In this document: one piece after another, positions 43,495-58,937 of the stretch | Layout: every line of letters begins with the position of its first letter | How positions within the stretch are numbered: the stretch's first letter is position 1 | Assembly (NCBI RefSeq): GCF_009914755.1 | Contig: NC_060936.1 | Source: the human T2T-CHM13v2.0 reference genome, Homo sapiens | Length of the DNA stretch: 64,000 nt | Reading direction: 5' to 3' (one strand) | Program-made: the position numbers and the translations under genes | Notes under the pieces: model-generated | Seen by the model: the letters and a program-made list of their open reading frames with translations, nothing else | Told to the model about the DNA's origin: nothing | The model's database searches: none

Positions 43495-45655
43495 TGATAT
43501 CAGCAAGATGGCAGTATAGGAATTTCTAGCCCTGATTCCCTCACAGAAACATTAATTTGACAATGAACCAAAATACTTTTATGAGAATTCTAGAATGCAC
43601 TTAAGAAGTTGCAGTACCCCCAGGCAACCACAAAGCCAAGGAAAGCGACAATGAAATGGGTAAGAAGAGAAATTTCATTTTGCCCACATCACCTACTCTA
43701 CCAAGCTGGCACAGCTCTGCACTAGGACAGCACCCTGCCTCATGACTTTTCCCTTGGGAACAAAGATAACAGTGCAGAATCCAATATTGTAGCTTTTCAG
43801 AGGGCTGCAGGAGGGACTAATTTCTATCATTCTCCACTAAGAGCACTGATGGAACTAGTATAGTTTTAGTGCCTGGAGGCTTCTGAGAACAAGGAGAGTG
43901 TGTATATGGGGTGGGAGTGGAGGTGGTTTGCTGTAGCTGGCATGGCTAGGCAGAATCAGAAAAAACCACATAACTTGAGCCTTCTACTTCAGAGGCAAGG
44001 AGAGTGGCAGAGTCTACATCTGGTTATAGGCTTTTGGGAAGGCTACTTGAAAGAATGGAATCAGTTTTGCCTGACTCAGGATGCTGATAAGGAGCAGCAT
44101 ACTTTGGATACCTGGTGACCACTGAAACCAAGGAAAGACAGTACTAGAGAACTAGCAGTACTGTGCAATGACACCAAAGAGGCAAGATATGAACTCCTGA
44201 AAAAGAAACGAGTAATCAGCTCTGAGAAATTGCATGAATGGACTCAGAGAAGTCACATCTTCCCCCAAAAGGTTTCACATATCCCTGGAATTTCTAGAAG
44301 GGCTGATTGGGGAGGGTCTCTTATACAAAGCCAGTCTGTAAAGACTGGTAGAGGTGGCTGTTTTTTCAAATGGGTGGGTTCCAATGTAAAGTTATGAGAC
44401 ACATGACACATATGAGACATATGAGACACATGAAGAAAAAAACAGAAAAACAAGGCTCAAAATAGGAACAAAATAAATCTTCAGTGACAGTTCTAAAAAT
44501 TTGGAGATATATAATCTAAAGAATTGGAGATATATAAATTATCTGAAAAACAATTCAAAATAGCTATCATAAAGATGCTCCATGACTAAAGAAAACTATG
44601 CATGAACAAAATGAGAATATCAACAAAAAGATATAAAATATAAAAAGAAGCAAACAAAAATTTTAGAGCTGAAGAATACAATACTTGAACTAAAATTTAC
44701 TAGAGTTTTACAGCAGACTTCACAGAGCAGAAGAAAATCAGCAACTCAAAGAAAGGCCATGTGAAATTATTCAGTAAGAGTAACAGCAACAAACAATAAT
44801 GAACAGTAAAGAAAACCTAAAACACATCATCAAGTGAAATAATATATAAATTATTAAGGTTCTAGAAGGAAAAAAGAGAAGAGGCAAAAAACTTATTTAA
44901 AGAAATAGTGGTGGAATACTGCCCAATTCTGGGGAGGGAAATGAACATCTATATACAAGAATCCCAATGGATTCCAAATAGGATGATCCTAAAGAAATCC
45001 ACACAGATAAACATTATAATTAAATTTTCAAAAGTTGAAGACAAAGAGAATCTTGAGAACAGCAAAAGAAAAGCAACTAACCACTTACCAGGAAATCTTC
45101 ATAAAACTGTCAGTATATTTCTCAGCAAAAACCTTGCAGACTAGAAGAAAATAAAATGATACAATTCAAAGTACAGGAAGAAAAAAATGCCATTAAGAAT
45201 ACCATATCTGGCAAAATATCTTCCAAAAATGAAGAATTAAAAACTTTCTCAGACTAACAAAAGTGACAGAGTTCATCACCACCACATCTGCCTTTAAAAA
45301 ATACTGAAGTCCTTCGAATTGAAATGAAAGTACATTAAACAGCAGCATGAAAGCATATGAAAGTATAAAGCTTGCTGGTAAAGGTAAATAGGTAGAAAAC
45401 ACATAACACTTTGATACTGTAATGGCAATGCACAAATAACTTTTATTCTGGTATAAAAGTTAAAAGACAAAAGTATAAAAATATGTTAACGGACAGGCAA
45501 TATTAAAAAAATGTAAGTCATGACATCCATAGCATAAAGTGTGTGTGTGGGAGGGAAGAATTAAAAGTGTAGAGTATTTGTATATGATTGAAATTAAGTG
45601 GTTATCAGTTAAAAATAGATTGTTATAATTGCAAGATACCTTATGTAAACCCATT
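43495..45655 (+). mobile_element. Old L1M 5'UTR/ORF1 region
   Basis: CAAGATGGC start motif near 43504; degenerate ORF1 (ORF 44908-45144). Confidence 0.65.
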
Positions 45656-48600
45656 GCCCCCACCCCTGCCACTGGTAGCTATGCCTGCAGGCAATGCCTT
45701 CTAGAGCTTCAAGCCTAGCAATCCCACTTCTGTGTGAACACAGCTGGTGGGTACAGCTTCCTGCTGTCCTGGGAACCACCTGGATGGCATCGTGGGTGAC
45801 CCAACTCACTTCTGCCACTGGTAGCCAGGTGGGCAACACTTGCTAGAGTTTCCAGCCCAATGATCCCTCTTCTACCTGAACTCAGCCAGCAAGTTCAGCC
45901 TCCCACTGTCCTGGGAAACACCAAGACAGCCGGACATGTGACCCCCCCACCCCTTCTGCTGGTAGCCAGACAGGCAATACAAGCTAAATCTTCCAGCCCA
46001 CCAGTCCTGCTTCTGTGTAAACTCAGCTAGAGGGTGCAGCCCCCTGTTGTCTTGGGAAGCACCCAGATGGTAGGGTGGGTGACACCTGCTGCTGGCAATG
46101 CCTGCTAGACTCCACACACACCTGCCAGGCAAGACATGTCTGCTACAGCTTCTAGCCCAGCAGTTACACTTCTGCTTGAATTTGCCAAGGGGTGCAGCCT
46201 CCTATTGCCTTGGAAACACCCAGATGGCAGGGCAGGCAACTCCATCCACTCCTGTTTCTCATAGCCAGATGGGCTATGCTTGCTAGAGCTTCCAGCCCAG
46301 TGGTCTTGCTTCTGCCTAAACTATGTGGGCAGGCACAACCCTGTGTTCCCCTGGGAAGCACTTGGACAGTGGATTAGGGCTGACCTGTCAAAGATGTGGC
46401 CTGTCTGCTAACTGAAGCCTCAGCATGAAAAAGCCCCATGTACTAGATCACCCAACAGAAAAAAAAAACATGGACATGGAGACAGTAACTGGAGGGGGCT
46501 CTTTCAAGACCCAGGAGCAGATTAGAATCAAAGCCAGTCAACTGAACCCAGCTCATACTACAGTCAAACTCCCAAGGGCATCAAATAAGATAAAAGGAAA
46601 ACAGAAGCCCAAACACATCCTAAGGAAAGCAGCTTCAAATATTGAAGGAATATCCACCCACACAGATGAGGAAAAAAAAAACAGCACAGGAACTCTGGAA
46701 GCTCAAAATGCCAGAGTAGAGTTCTTACCTCCAAATGACTGCATTAATTCCCCAGAAATGGCTCTTAACCAGTCTGAAATGACTGAAATGGCAGAAATAG
46801 AATTCAGAATATAGATAGGAATGAAGACCATCAACATTCAGAAGAAAGCCAAAACCCAATCCAAGGAAGCTAAGGAATACAATAAAAAGATACGGGACAT
46901 AATAGATGAAATGGCCATTTTAAGAAAGAACCAAACTGATCTAATAGAGCTCAAAAACCCACTTCAGGAATTTCATAATACAATCACAAGCGTTAGCAGC
47001 AGAATAGACCAAACTGAGGAAAGAATCTCTGAGCTTGAAGACTGGTTCTCCAAAGTAACTCAGTCAGGCAAGAATAAAGAAAAAACAATAAAGAAGAATG
47101 AACAAAATCTTGGAGAAATATGGGATTATGTAAAGGGACCAACTCTATGACTCATTGGCATCCTTGAAAAACAGAAAGGGAAATCAAGCAACTTGGAAAA
47201 CGTATTGAAGACATCAGCCATAAACATTTTTTCAATCTAACCAAAGAGGTGAACATTCAAATCCAGGAAATGCAGAGAACCCTTGTGAGATACTATACAA
47301 GAAGATCATTCCCACAATACATAGTCATCAGATTATTTAAGGTAGAAATGACAGAAAAATGTTAAAGACAGATAGGGAAAAGATGCAGGTCACCTACAAA
47401 GGGAATATCATCAGGCTAACAGCAGACACTTCATCAGAAAGCCTACAAACAAGAAAAAATTGAGGGCATATATTAAACTTTTTGAAATTATTATTTAACT
47501 TTTATTTTAAGTTCAGGGGTACATGTACAAGTTGTGTAGGTAAACTTGTATCATGGAGGTTTGTTGTACAGATTATTTCATCACCCGGGTATTAAGCCTA
47601 GTACCTATAAATTATTTTTCCTAATCCTCTCTCTCCTCCCACCCTTCACCCTACAATAAGCCCCAGTGTGTGTTGTTCACCTCTATGTGTCCATGTGTTC
47701 TCATCATTTAGTTCTCACTTATAAGTGAGAACATGCAGTATTTGGTTTTGTGTACCTGCGTTAGTTTGTTAAGAATAATGGCCTCCAGCTCCATCCATGT
47801 TCCTGAAAAAGATATTATTTTATTTTTTTTATGGCTGCATAGTATTCCATGGTGTGTATGTACCACATTTTCTTTATCCAGTCTACCACTGATGGGCATT
47901 TAGGTTGATTCCTGTCTTTGCTGTTGCAAATAGTGTGGCAATGAACATACATGTGCATGTGTCTTTATAATAGAATGATTTATATTCCTTTGGGATATAC
48001 CCAGTAATGGGATTGTTGGGTCAAATTACATTTCTGCCTCTAGGACTTCGAGGAATAACCACACTGTCTTTCACACTGGTTGAACTAACTTATGCTCCCA
48101 CCAGCAGTGTATAAGTGTTCTTTTTCTCCACACCCTCATCAGCATCTGCTATTTTTTCACTTTTTAAAAGTAGCCATTCTGACTGGTGTGAGATGATATC
48201 TCATTGTGGTTTTGATTTGCATTTCTCTAATGATTAGTGATGTTGAGTTTTTTTAAAAAATATTATTATTGGCAGCATGTATGTCTTCTTTTGAAAAGTG
48301 TCTGTTCATGTCCTTTGTCCACTTTTTAATGAGGTTGTCTTTTTCTTGTAAATTTGTTTAAGTTCCTATAGATGCCGCTTATTAGGCCTTTGTCAGATGC
48401 ATATTTTGCAAAAATTTTCTCCCATTTTGTATGTTGTCTTTTCACTCTGTTGACAGTTTCTTTTTCTGTTTCTTTTTCTGTGCAGAAGCTTTTTAGTTTA
48501 ATTAGATTCTATTTGTCAATTTTTGTTTTTATTGTAATTGCTTTTGGTGTCTTTGCCATAAAATCTTTGCCTATTCCTACGTCCAGAATAATATTGCCTA

Positions 48601-51600
48601 GGTTGTCTTCCATGGTTTTTATAGTTTTGGGCTTTACATTTAAGTCTTTAATCCATCTTGAGTTAATATTTTTATTAAAGAAAGAAATTACAACTAAGAA
48701 TTTCATATCCAGCCAAACTAAGCTTCCTAAGTGAAGGAGAAATAAGATCCTTTTCAGACAAACAAATCCTAAGGGAATTTGTTACCACCAGACCTGCCTT
48801 ACAAGAGATTTAAGAGAATGCTAAATATTTAAATGAATTACAATTACTGGCCACCATAAAAACACACTTATGTACGTAGACCACTGACACTACAAAGTAA
48901 CTACACAATCAAGTCTGCATAATAACCACCTAAAATCATGATGACAGAATGAAACCATGCAATCAGTCTTAACCTTGAATGTAAATGGGCTAAATGCCCC
49001 AATTAAAAGGCACAGAGTGGCATGTTGGATGAAGAAGCAAGGCCCAACTATATACTGTCTTCAGGAGACCCATCTCACATGCAATGACACCTATACGCCC
49101 AAAGTAAAGGGATGGAGAAAAATCTACCAAGCAAGTGGAAAACAGAAACAACAACAACAACAACAGCAACAAAACAGAAAACAGGGGTTGCTATTCTATT
49201 CTAATTTCAGACAAAACAGATTGTAAACCAACAACAATCAAAAAAGGAAAAAGAAGGGCCTTACATAATAGTAAAGGATTCAAGTCAGCAAGAAGACCTA
49301 AATATCCTAAATATATATATACAAAATACAAGAGCACCCAGATTTATAAAGCTAAGTTCTTAGAGACCAATGAAGAGACTTAGGTAACAACATAATAAAA
49401 GTGGGAGACTTCAAAACCCCACTGACAATGTTACACAGATCATTGAGGCAGAAAAATAACAAAGATATTCAGGACCTAAAATCAACATTTGACCAAATGG
49501 GCCTAAGAGACATCTACAGAACTCTCCACCCCAAAATAACAGAATATACATTCTTCTCATCTGCACAGGGCACATACTTTAAAATAGACCAGTCAGCCAC
49601 AAAACAATCCTCAGAAAATCCAAAAAAATTGAAATCATACCAACCACTTTCAGACCGCAGCATAATAAAAATAGAAATCAGTACTTAAAAAATTGCTCAA
49701 AACCATACAATTACATGGAAATTAACCTGCTCCTGAATGACTTTTGAGTAAACAATGAAATTAAGGCAGAAATCAAGAAATTCTTTGAAACTAATGAAAA
49801 CAAAGATACAACATACCAGAATCTCTGGAATACAGGTAAAGCACTATTAAGGGAAATTTATAGTGCTAAATACTTACATTAAAAATTAGAAAGTTCTCAA
49901 TTAACAACCTAACATCACACATGGAGAAATTAGAAAAAACAGGAGCAAACCAATCCCAAAGCTAACAGGAAGCAATAGATAACCAAAACCAGAGCTGAAC
50001 TGAAGGAAATTGAGATGTGAAAACTCTACAAAAGTTCAACAAGTCCAATAATTTGTTTCTTGAAAGGATAAGTAAGATTGATAGACCACTAGCTAGACTA
50101 ACAAAGAAAAAAAGAGATGATCCAAATAAACACAATTAGAAATGAAAAAGGGGACATTCCCACCACCCCCTCAAAAATTTAAAAAACCCTCAGAGACTAC
50201 TGTGAACACTTCTATGCATACAAACTAGAAAACCTAGAAGAAATGGATAAATTTTTGGAAACATACAACCTCTGAAGATTGAACCAGAAAGAAATTGTAT
50301 CACTGACAGACCAATAATGACTCCCAAAATTAAACCAGTAATAAAAAAGCCTACCAACCAGAAAAGCCCAGGACCAGACAGATTCACAGCTGAATTCTAT
50401 GAGGTATATAAAGAATTGCTGATATCATTTCTCCTGAAACTATTACAAAAATGGAGGAAGAGGGACTCCTCCCTAACTCATTCTGTGAGGACAGCATCAT
50501 CCTGATACCCAGACCTGCAGAGGAACAACAACAACAACAAACAGGCTAATATCCCTGATGAATATACATGCAAAAATCCTTAATTAAATACTAGCAAACT
50601 GAATCCAGCAGCACATCAAAAAGTTAATTCCTGCAATCTTGTAGGCTTTATCCCTGGGATGCAAGGTTGGTTCAACATATGAAAATCAATAAATGTGATT
50701 CACCACATAAACAGAACTTAAAACAAAAACCACATGAACATCTAAGTAGATGCAGAAAGGACTTTCAATAAAATTCAACTTCTTTCGTGTTAAAAACCTT
50801 CAACAAACTAGGTAGTGAAGGAACATATCTCAAAACAATAAGAGCCATCTATGGCAAACCTATAGCTAACATCATACTGAATGAGCAAAAGCTGGAAGCC
50901 TTCCCCTTGAGAACCAAAACAAGACAAGGATGCCCATGCTCACCATTCCTATTCAACATAGCACTGGAAGAAATAATAGGCATCCAAATAGGAAGAGAGA
51001 AAGTGAAAGAATAGGCATCCAGATAGGAAGAGAGAAAGTGTTTGTGTTGGCAGACAACATGATTCTAAACCTGGAAAATCTCAGTTTGCCCAAAAGCTTC
51101 TTAAGCTGATAAACAGCTTCAGCAAAGTTTCAGAATGAAAAAAATCACTGTACAAAAATAGGTATCATTTTAATACACTAACAATATTCAAGTTGAGAGC
51201 CAAACCAAGAATGCAATCCCATTCACAATAGCCACAAAAGGAATAAAATACCTAGGAATACAGCTAACCAGGGAGGTGAATAATCTCTATCACAAGGATT
51301 ACAAAACACTGCTGAAAGAAATCAGAGATGACACAAACAAATGGAAAAAATTCCATGTGCATGGATAGGAAGAATCAATATTGTTAAAATGCCCATACTT
51401 CCCAAAGCAATTTACAGATTCAATGCTATCCATATCAAACTACCAATGATATTCTTCTCAGAATCAGAAAAAACTATTTTAAAATTCATATGGAACCAAA
51501 AAAGAGCTCAAATAGCAAGGCAATATTAAGCAAAAGTAACAAAGTTGGAGACATCAGGTTATTCAATTTCAAACTATGTTATAAGGCTACAGTAATCAAA

Positions 51601-52452
51601 ACAGCATGGTTCCAGTACAAAAACAGACACATAGACCAATGGAACAGAATAGAGAGCCCAGAAATAAAGTCATATGCCCACAACCATCTGATCTTTGGCA
51701 AAATAAACAAAATCAAGCAATGGGAAAAGGGGTCCCTATTCAGTAAATGATGCTGGGATAACTGGCTAGCCATATGCAGAAGATTGAAACTGGACCCCTT
51801 TCTTATACCATCTACAAAAATAAATTCAAGATGGATTAAAGACTTAAATGTAAAACCTAAAATTATAAAAATCCTGGAAAATGAAAATAACCTAGAAAAT
51901 ACCAATCTGGACATAGGCCCTGGCAATGATTTCATTACAAAATGCCAAAAGCAATTGCAACAAAATAAAAAATTGACAAATGGGACCTAATCAAAGTAGA
52001 GAGCTTCTCCACAGCAAAAGAAACTGTCAACAGAGTACACATACAGCCTACAGAATAGGAGAAACTATGCATCTGACAAAGTTCTAATATCCAGCATCTA
52101 TAAGGAACTTAAACAAATTAACAAGCAAAAACCAAATAACCCCATTAAAAAGTGGGCAAAAGACATGAAGAACACTTTTTGAAAGAAGACATACACATAG
52201 CCAATAAGCATATGAAAAAATGCTCAACACTACTATTAGAGAAATAGTAGAGAAATGCAAATGAAAACCACAATGAGATACCATCTTATACTAGTCCAAA
52301 TGTCTATCACTAAAAAGTCAAAAAATAGATGCCAGAGAGGTTGTGGGGAAAAGGGAAGGCTTATTCACTGCTGATGAGAATGTGAATTAGTTCAGCTATC
52401 ATGGAAAACAGTGTGGCAATTTCCCAAAGACCTTAGAAGTATCATTTGACCA
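45656..52452 (+). mobile_element. Near-full-length degenerate L1 (L1PA13-16/L1PB-age)
   Basis: Tandemly repeated GC-richer 5'UTR units 45660-46380, ORF1 pieces 46821-47150, ORF2 pieces 48957-51990. Confidence 0.85.
47480..48673 (-). mobile_element. L1PA 3' fragment nested antisense in ORF1 of the older L1
   Basis: T-rich tail at ~47480-47510, 3'UTR and ORF2 C-terminus; host ORF1 resumes at ~48674. Confidence 0.85.
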
Positions 52453-52939
52453 AATAAATAAATAGAAATATATAAAAAAACATAAAAAATTTCCTTTCCT
52501 TTAAACACGTTAGCATTGGTAAGAAAAAGAAACTAAAATATATGACCAGATTAAAAAATAAGTACAACTTCTAGAAACAAAAAAAAGTAAAATTAAAAGC
52601 TTAATAGTAAAACAAAGTTTACCTTAAAATTGAAAATGTAAATACAGATGAAGGATAACTGAAGAAAGAATTAGGATACTTGAAAAAAAAAAACAGCAAA
52701 AAGAGACAGAGATAGATGATACCAATAGTGTTAGAGAGTCTGCAATATGTCCAGTGGAAATGATGGAATTAAAGAAAGAGAATATGGGTTGGTAAAATGA
52801 TGCCAAACAGAAGGTACACTACAAAAAATGTACCATAGTGAAAACGCACAATACCAAAGACAAAGAGAAGAAGCCAGAAGGAAAGACAAAATAAAGATAA
52901 GTTTAGTAAAGGAAAACTTAGACTGATGGCTGAATTCCC

Positions 52940-53791
52940 AAAAGAGATGAAACTGATTGTATTATCTCAATAGATGCCGAAAAGGCACTTGATATAATCA
53001 GAAAAATGCAAAAATAAGTCCACAATGAGATGATGCAATATCATGACCATAATTGTATAAAAACATTTTAAAATATGATTGCTACCAGCTACTGGCAAGG
53101 ATATCAATCAATGTGGCATGTAATATGATGATGATAGGAACTAAATGATTTGTTATTATCTTCTAAAATTAAGAAATGCCCTATGGTTCTGCATAGTTTA
53201 TGCATATATATGTGTGTATACATATGTATGAAATATATTACATATTCATCAAATGCTTAACATTTTAACAGAATATTTATTCTTGAGCTCACATATTCTT
53301 TTTAGGGTAATCATCCCTTCTGATACACGTATGTTTAAAGCTGCATTGGTAAATGATACTTGCTCATAAGTTTTCCTTATTTATTTATTTGAAATCCTTT
53401 TTTTTACCAATATGAAATGCTTTCCCCCACACCAGATATACAACATTAGGTGTAAAGCTATTTGTCTCAGGGCATTGATGTTATCATACCACTGTTTTCT
53501 GACTCATATGTATACACACATATATATGCATAAACTATGCAGAACCATAGGGCATTTCTTAATTTTAGAAGATAATAACAAATCATTTAGTTCCTATCAT
53601 CATCATATTACATGCCACATTGATTGATATCCTTGCCAATAGCTGGTAGCAATCATATTTTAAAATGTTTTTATACAATTATGGTCATGATATTGCATCA
53701 TCTCATTGTGGACTTATTTTTGCATCTTTCTGATTATATCAAGTGCCTTTTTGGCATCTATTGAGATAATACAATCAGTTTTATCTCTTTT
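52940..53791. repeat. 287-bp inverted repeat arms (52940-53226 and 53505-53791) around a 278-bp spacer
   Basis: About 4 mismatches by eye. Confidence 0.95.
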
Positions 53792-54061
53792 TCTATTAAT
53801 GTGGTGAATTATATTAATTGGTTTTCTAATATTAAACCAACTTTACATTTCTGAGATATAATCAACTTTTTCATAATGCACTACACTTTTTTACATTTTA
53901 AATCCTATTTTAACATAACAAAAAAGTTTCAAAATGTATTTTTTTCCCCTTAAGAGTAAGGATCTTGTTGTGAAGTAAATGGTGTGATCCAGGATGTGCG
54001 GAACTGCTCAGGATTTCTGGGTAGTTGTGGCTCCAGAAGGAAATCCTGTACTCAATTGTAG

Positions 54062-54082
54062 TTTGCTGCCATCTGGTGGCTG
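54062..54082 (-). promoter_or_regulatory. Candidate CTCF motif
   Basis: Minus strand reads CAGCCACCAGATGGCAGCAA, close to the CCACCAGRKGGCRS consensus; no repeat recognised here. Confidence 0.55.
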
Positions 54083-55211
54083 TTGTCTACTGCCATGAAA
54101 TCTAAAGATTCTGGGTACTGTAAAGAATGGAACTTCGAGCACAATGGTAAGAAATCTAACTATTTCCAAGAAACCTGGTTTTCATCCCCACCATATTACC
54201 CTGAGCAAGGAAGATTGGTTGAAAATAAATGGAATTGTGCGAGCCACCCTCTAACTCCTTGTTTCCCAAGATAAAGTTGTCTGACACTGTCTGCCTTGTT
54301 TTCCCTCCCCTCCTTTTGTTTTTTTCCCTCACTGAAAATAATTCCTGTAAGATTTCATCCCTGTTCCAGAAAAGGGATGAAGAGAAAATGGAAAATATTT
54401 GCCAGTAACATTATATCTGAACTTGTCTTATTCTGAGGTGCATTTTCATGGAGTTTCACTGAACTTCATTTATAATTGTGTATATGTTCATCATCAAGAC
54501 AGAACATTATTTATTTTCCTCATAATAACCATGGCACCTTTTGGACTCAAGCTTGTATTACATCATTAAAAGGTGAAGTTTTTCTTCTTTTTATTCTAAA
54601 GAGGTGGTTGAAATTTTCTGCTCCTTGAAGGTTTGCAAAAACTGACAAGATGCCAACTGGACAAGTGTTTTTTATGGGAAGAGTTTTGAGGAATGATTTT
54701 AGTGGTTAACAGAAGGGGTTATAATCAAAATATTTAACAGCTGTTCAGTAATTGATATATACAAATGCTTATATATCAATACGTAAATCAATAAAAAGTC
54801 CCTTTTATGATCTTAGTAAACTGCTTAATGAATGATAAAATTTTTAGCAAATCTATTGATTTTTACAAATTATTGGGGGAATCTTTGGATTTACATCTTA
54901 CCACTAAATACTGTCTGAGCCACAGTTTGATGTGAAACAACTAGACTAGACCAAACCATTACAAAAGTTGTCCCATTAAATGAAAAGTTATCACATGATG
55001 TGGTGTTCAAAAGAATTTTTTTCAGCAAAATTTCTATAGTGCTGAATTCTCTTCAAATTTCTGATAACTATTATCAACATTTGAAGTTTTCTGGCTCCTT
55101 TAATGCTCTCTGATATTTTTTATATTCAATAACTCCATTATTCAAGAAGACAAAATCATTTTTCCACTGACATATTTAATTAGATGATTTAAATTTATTA
55201 ATGTTTTTTAT

Positions 55212-55551
55212 TTTCTTTCTTTCTTTTCTTTTTCTTTTTCTTTTCTTTTCTTTTTTTTTTTCTTTTTTTTTTTTTTTGAGACAGCATCTGGCTCTGTCGC
55301 CCAGCAGAGGTGCGATCTTGGCCCACTTCAAACTCCACCTCCTGGGTTCCAGCAATTCTCATGCCTTAGCCTCCCAAGTAGCTGGGATTGCAGGCAGGTA
55401 CCACCTCGCCTGGCTAAATTTTGTATTTTAAGTAGAGACTAGGTTTTGCTATGTTGGCCAAGCTGGTATGAAACTCATGGCCTCAAGCCATCTGCCTGCC
55501 TTGGCCTCCCAAAGTGTTGGGATTACAGGTGTGAGCCACCACGCCCAGCCT
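55212..55551 (-). mobile_element. Old Alu (AluJ/S) with long T-rich tail
   Basis: Diverged antisense Alu. Confidence 0.88.
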
Positions 55552-56199
55552 GTTTGTTTACTTTTTATTCAAAAAAGTATGCAAATGTTCAATAGAGTTT
55601 CTTATGCAATAGTTTGAAAGAACTTAAAAGTTCACTACATGTTTTTTACTGTTGTCTAAATCAATTTTTTTGCTTTTCTTTACATTTTAATTTTTAATTA
55701 TTTTATCATCAAATTATTGATCATAGTTTTTATTTATTTTATGTTGGTAATTTTTATTTATTGTATATAAAAATAATGAAATAAAGTTCCTTGTTTTGCA
55801 ATGAAAGTGTATTAGTCAAACTTCTCCAGAAAAGCAGAGAAACAACAGGATGTATATAAATGAAGAGATTTATCATGAACAAATTGGCTTATTCAAATCC
55901 CTATAAGGTAGTCCTGAAAATATTTATTATTAAAACCAGTTTTTTAACATCAAATATAAATTTTGATACGGTATTTTAGGTATTGTGCTTTCCAAATTAG
56001 TGAAATTCACAAAAACTAATAAATGATCTTCTAAATCCCAAATTTTACATTTTAGATAAGTTATTTAAATTTTTAAGGTTAAAAAATAAAGATTTTTTGA
56101 TAATAAGTAATGTGTCCATGATTTATATATTTTTCTAAATTAGATGCCTTTTTTAGTAGATGCACATTTTAACCAATTTGGAACATAGCTAGATTACAA

Positions 56200-57870
<1,671 letters not shown>

Positions 57871-58327
57871 TATCAATGAAATAAACTAAGGCAATCATTG
57901 GACTTACCATATTTATTTCTTACCTTTGTGGAGCCACTGTTCTTTATTGTATGCTGTCTAGTGTCTTGTGGAATATATATACACATATGTGTGTGTTTCT
58001 GTGTTATATATTATATATATACATTTATATACATATCCTATATGCATCTATCGATCTATCACACAAAAAGGAGCAGGGAGAGAAAGAGGGAAAAGGAGGA
58101 GGGGTGAGAGAGCAAGAGTAAGAGAAAGGCAGAGAGAGAGACAGACAGAGATTGAAATTCTCTTTTGTTGTTGTTTACTCAGGAAAGTAAATCTGTTTTC
58201 TATTACTTCATCTTGGCCAGAATCAGAAGTCTAGTCACAGCTGTTTTATTTTCCCGTTAATTAAACTTCTTTTCTAATCATCCTGAAGAGCAGAAAAGCA
58301 GGTATTTTCCGTTGGGACCTCCAAGTT

Positions 58328-58372
58328 TATTATGATGATGATGATGATTATTATTATTATTATTATTATTAA
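58328..58372. repeat. (GAT)n(TAT)n microsatellite
   Basis: Direct inspection. Confidence 0.85.
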
Positions 58373-58426
58373 TTTAACCAGAGACTCTCACAGGTATGAT
58401 CAATATCATAAACCCATTGTTTCTCA

Positions 58427-58937
<511 letters not shown>

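Noticed and set aside
45660-46380. GC-richer tandem array as a novel repeat or CRISPR-like array
   Set aside because: Degenerate monomer repeats in the 5'UTR of an old L1; no repeat-spacer structure; eukaryotic context
50975-51040. Short tandem duplication AATAGGCATCCARATAGGAAGAGAGAAAGTG
   Set aside because: Ordinary slippage within dead L1 ORF2
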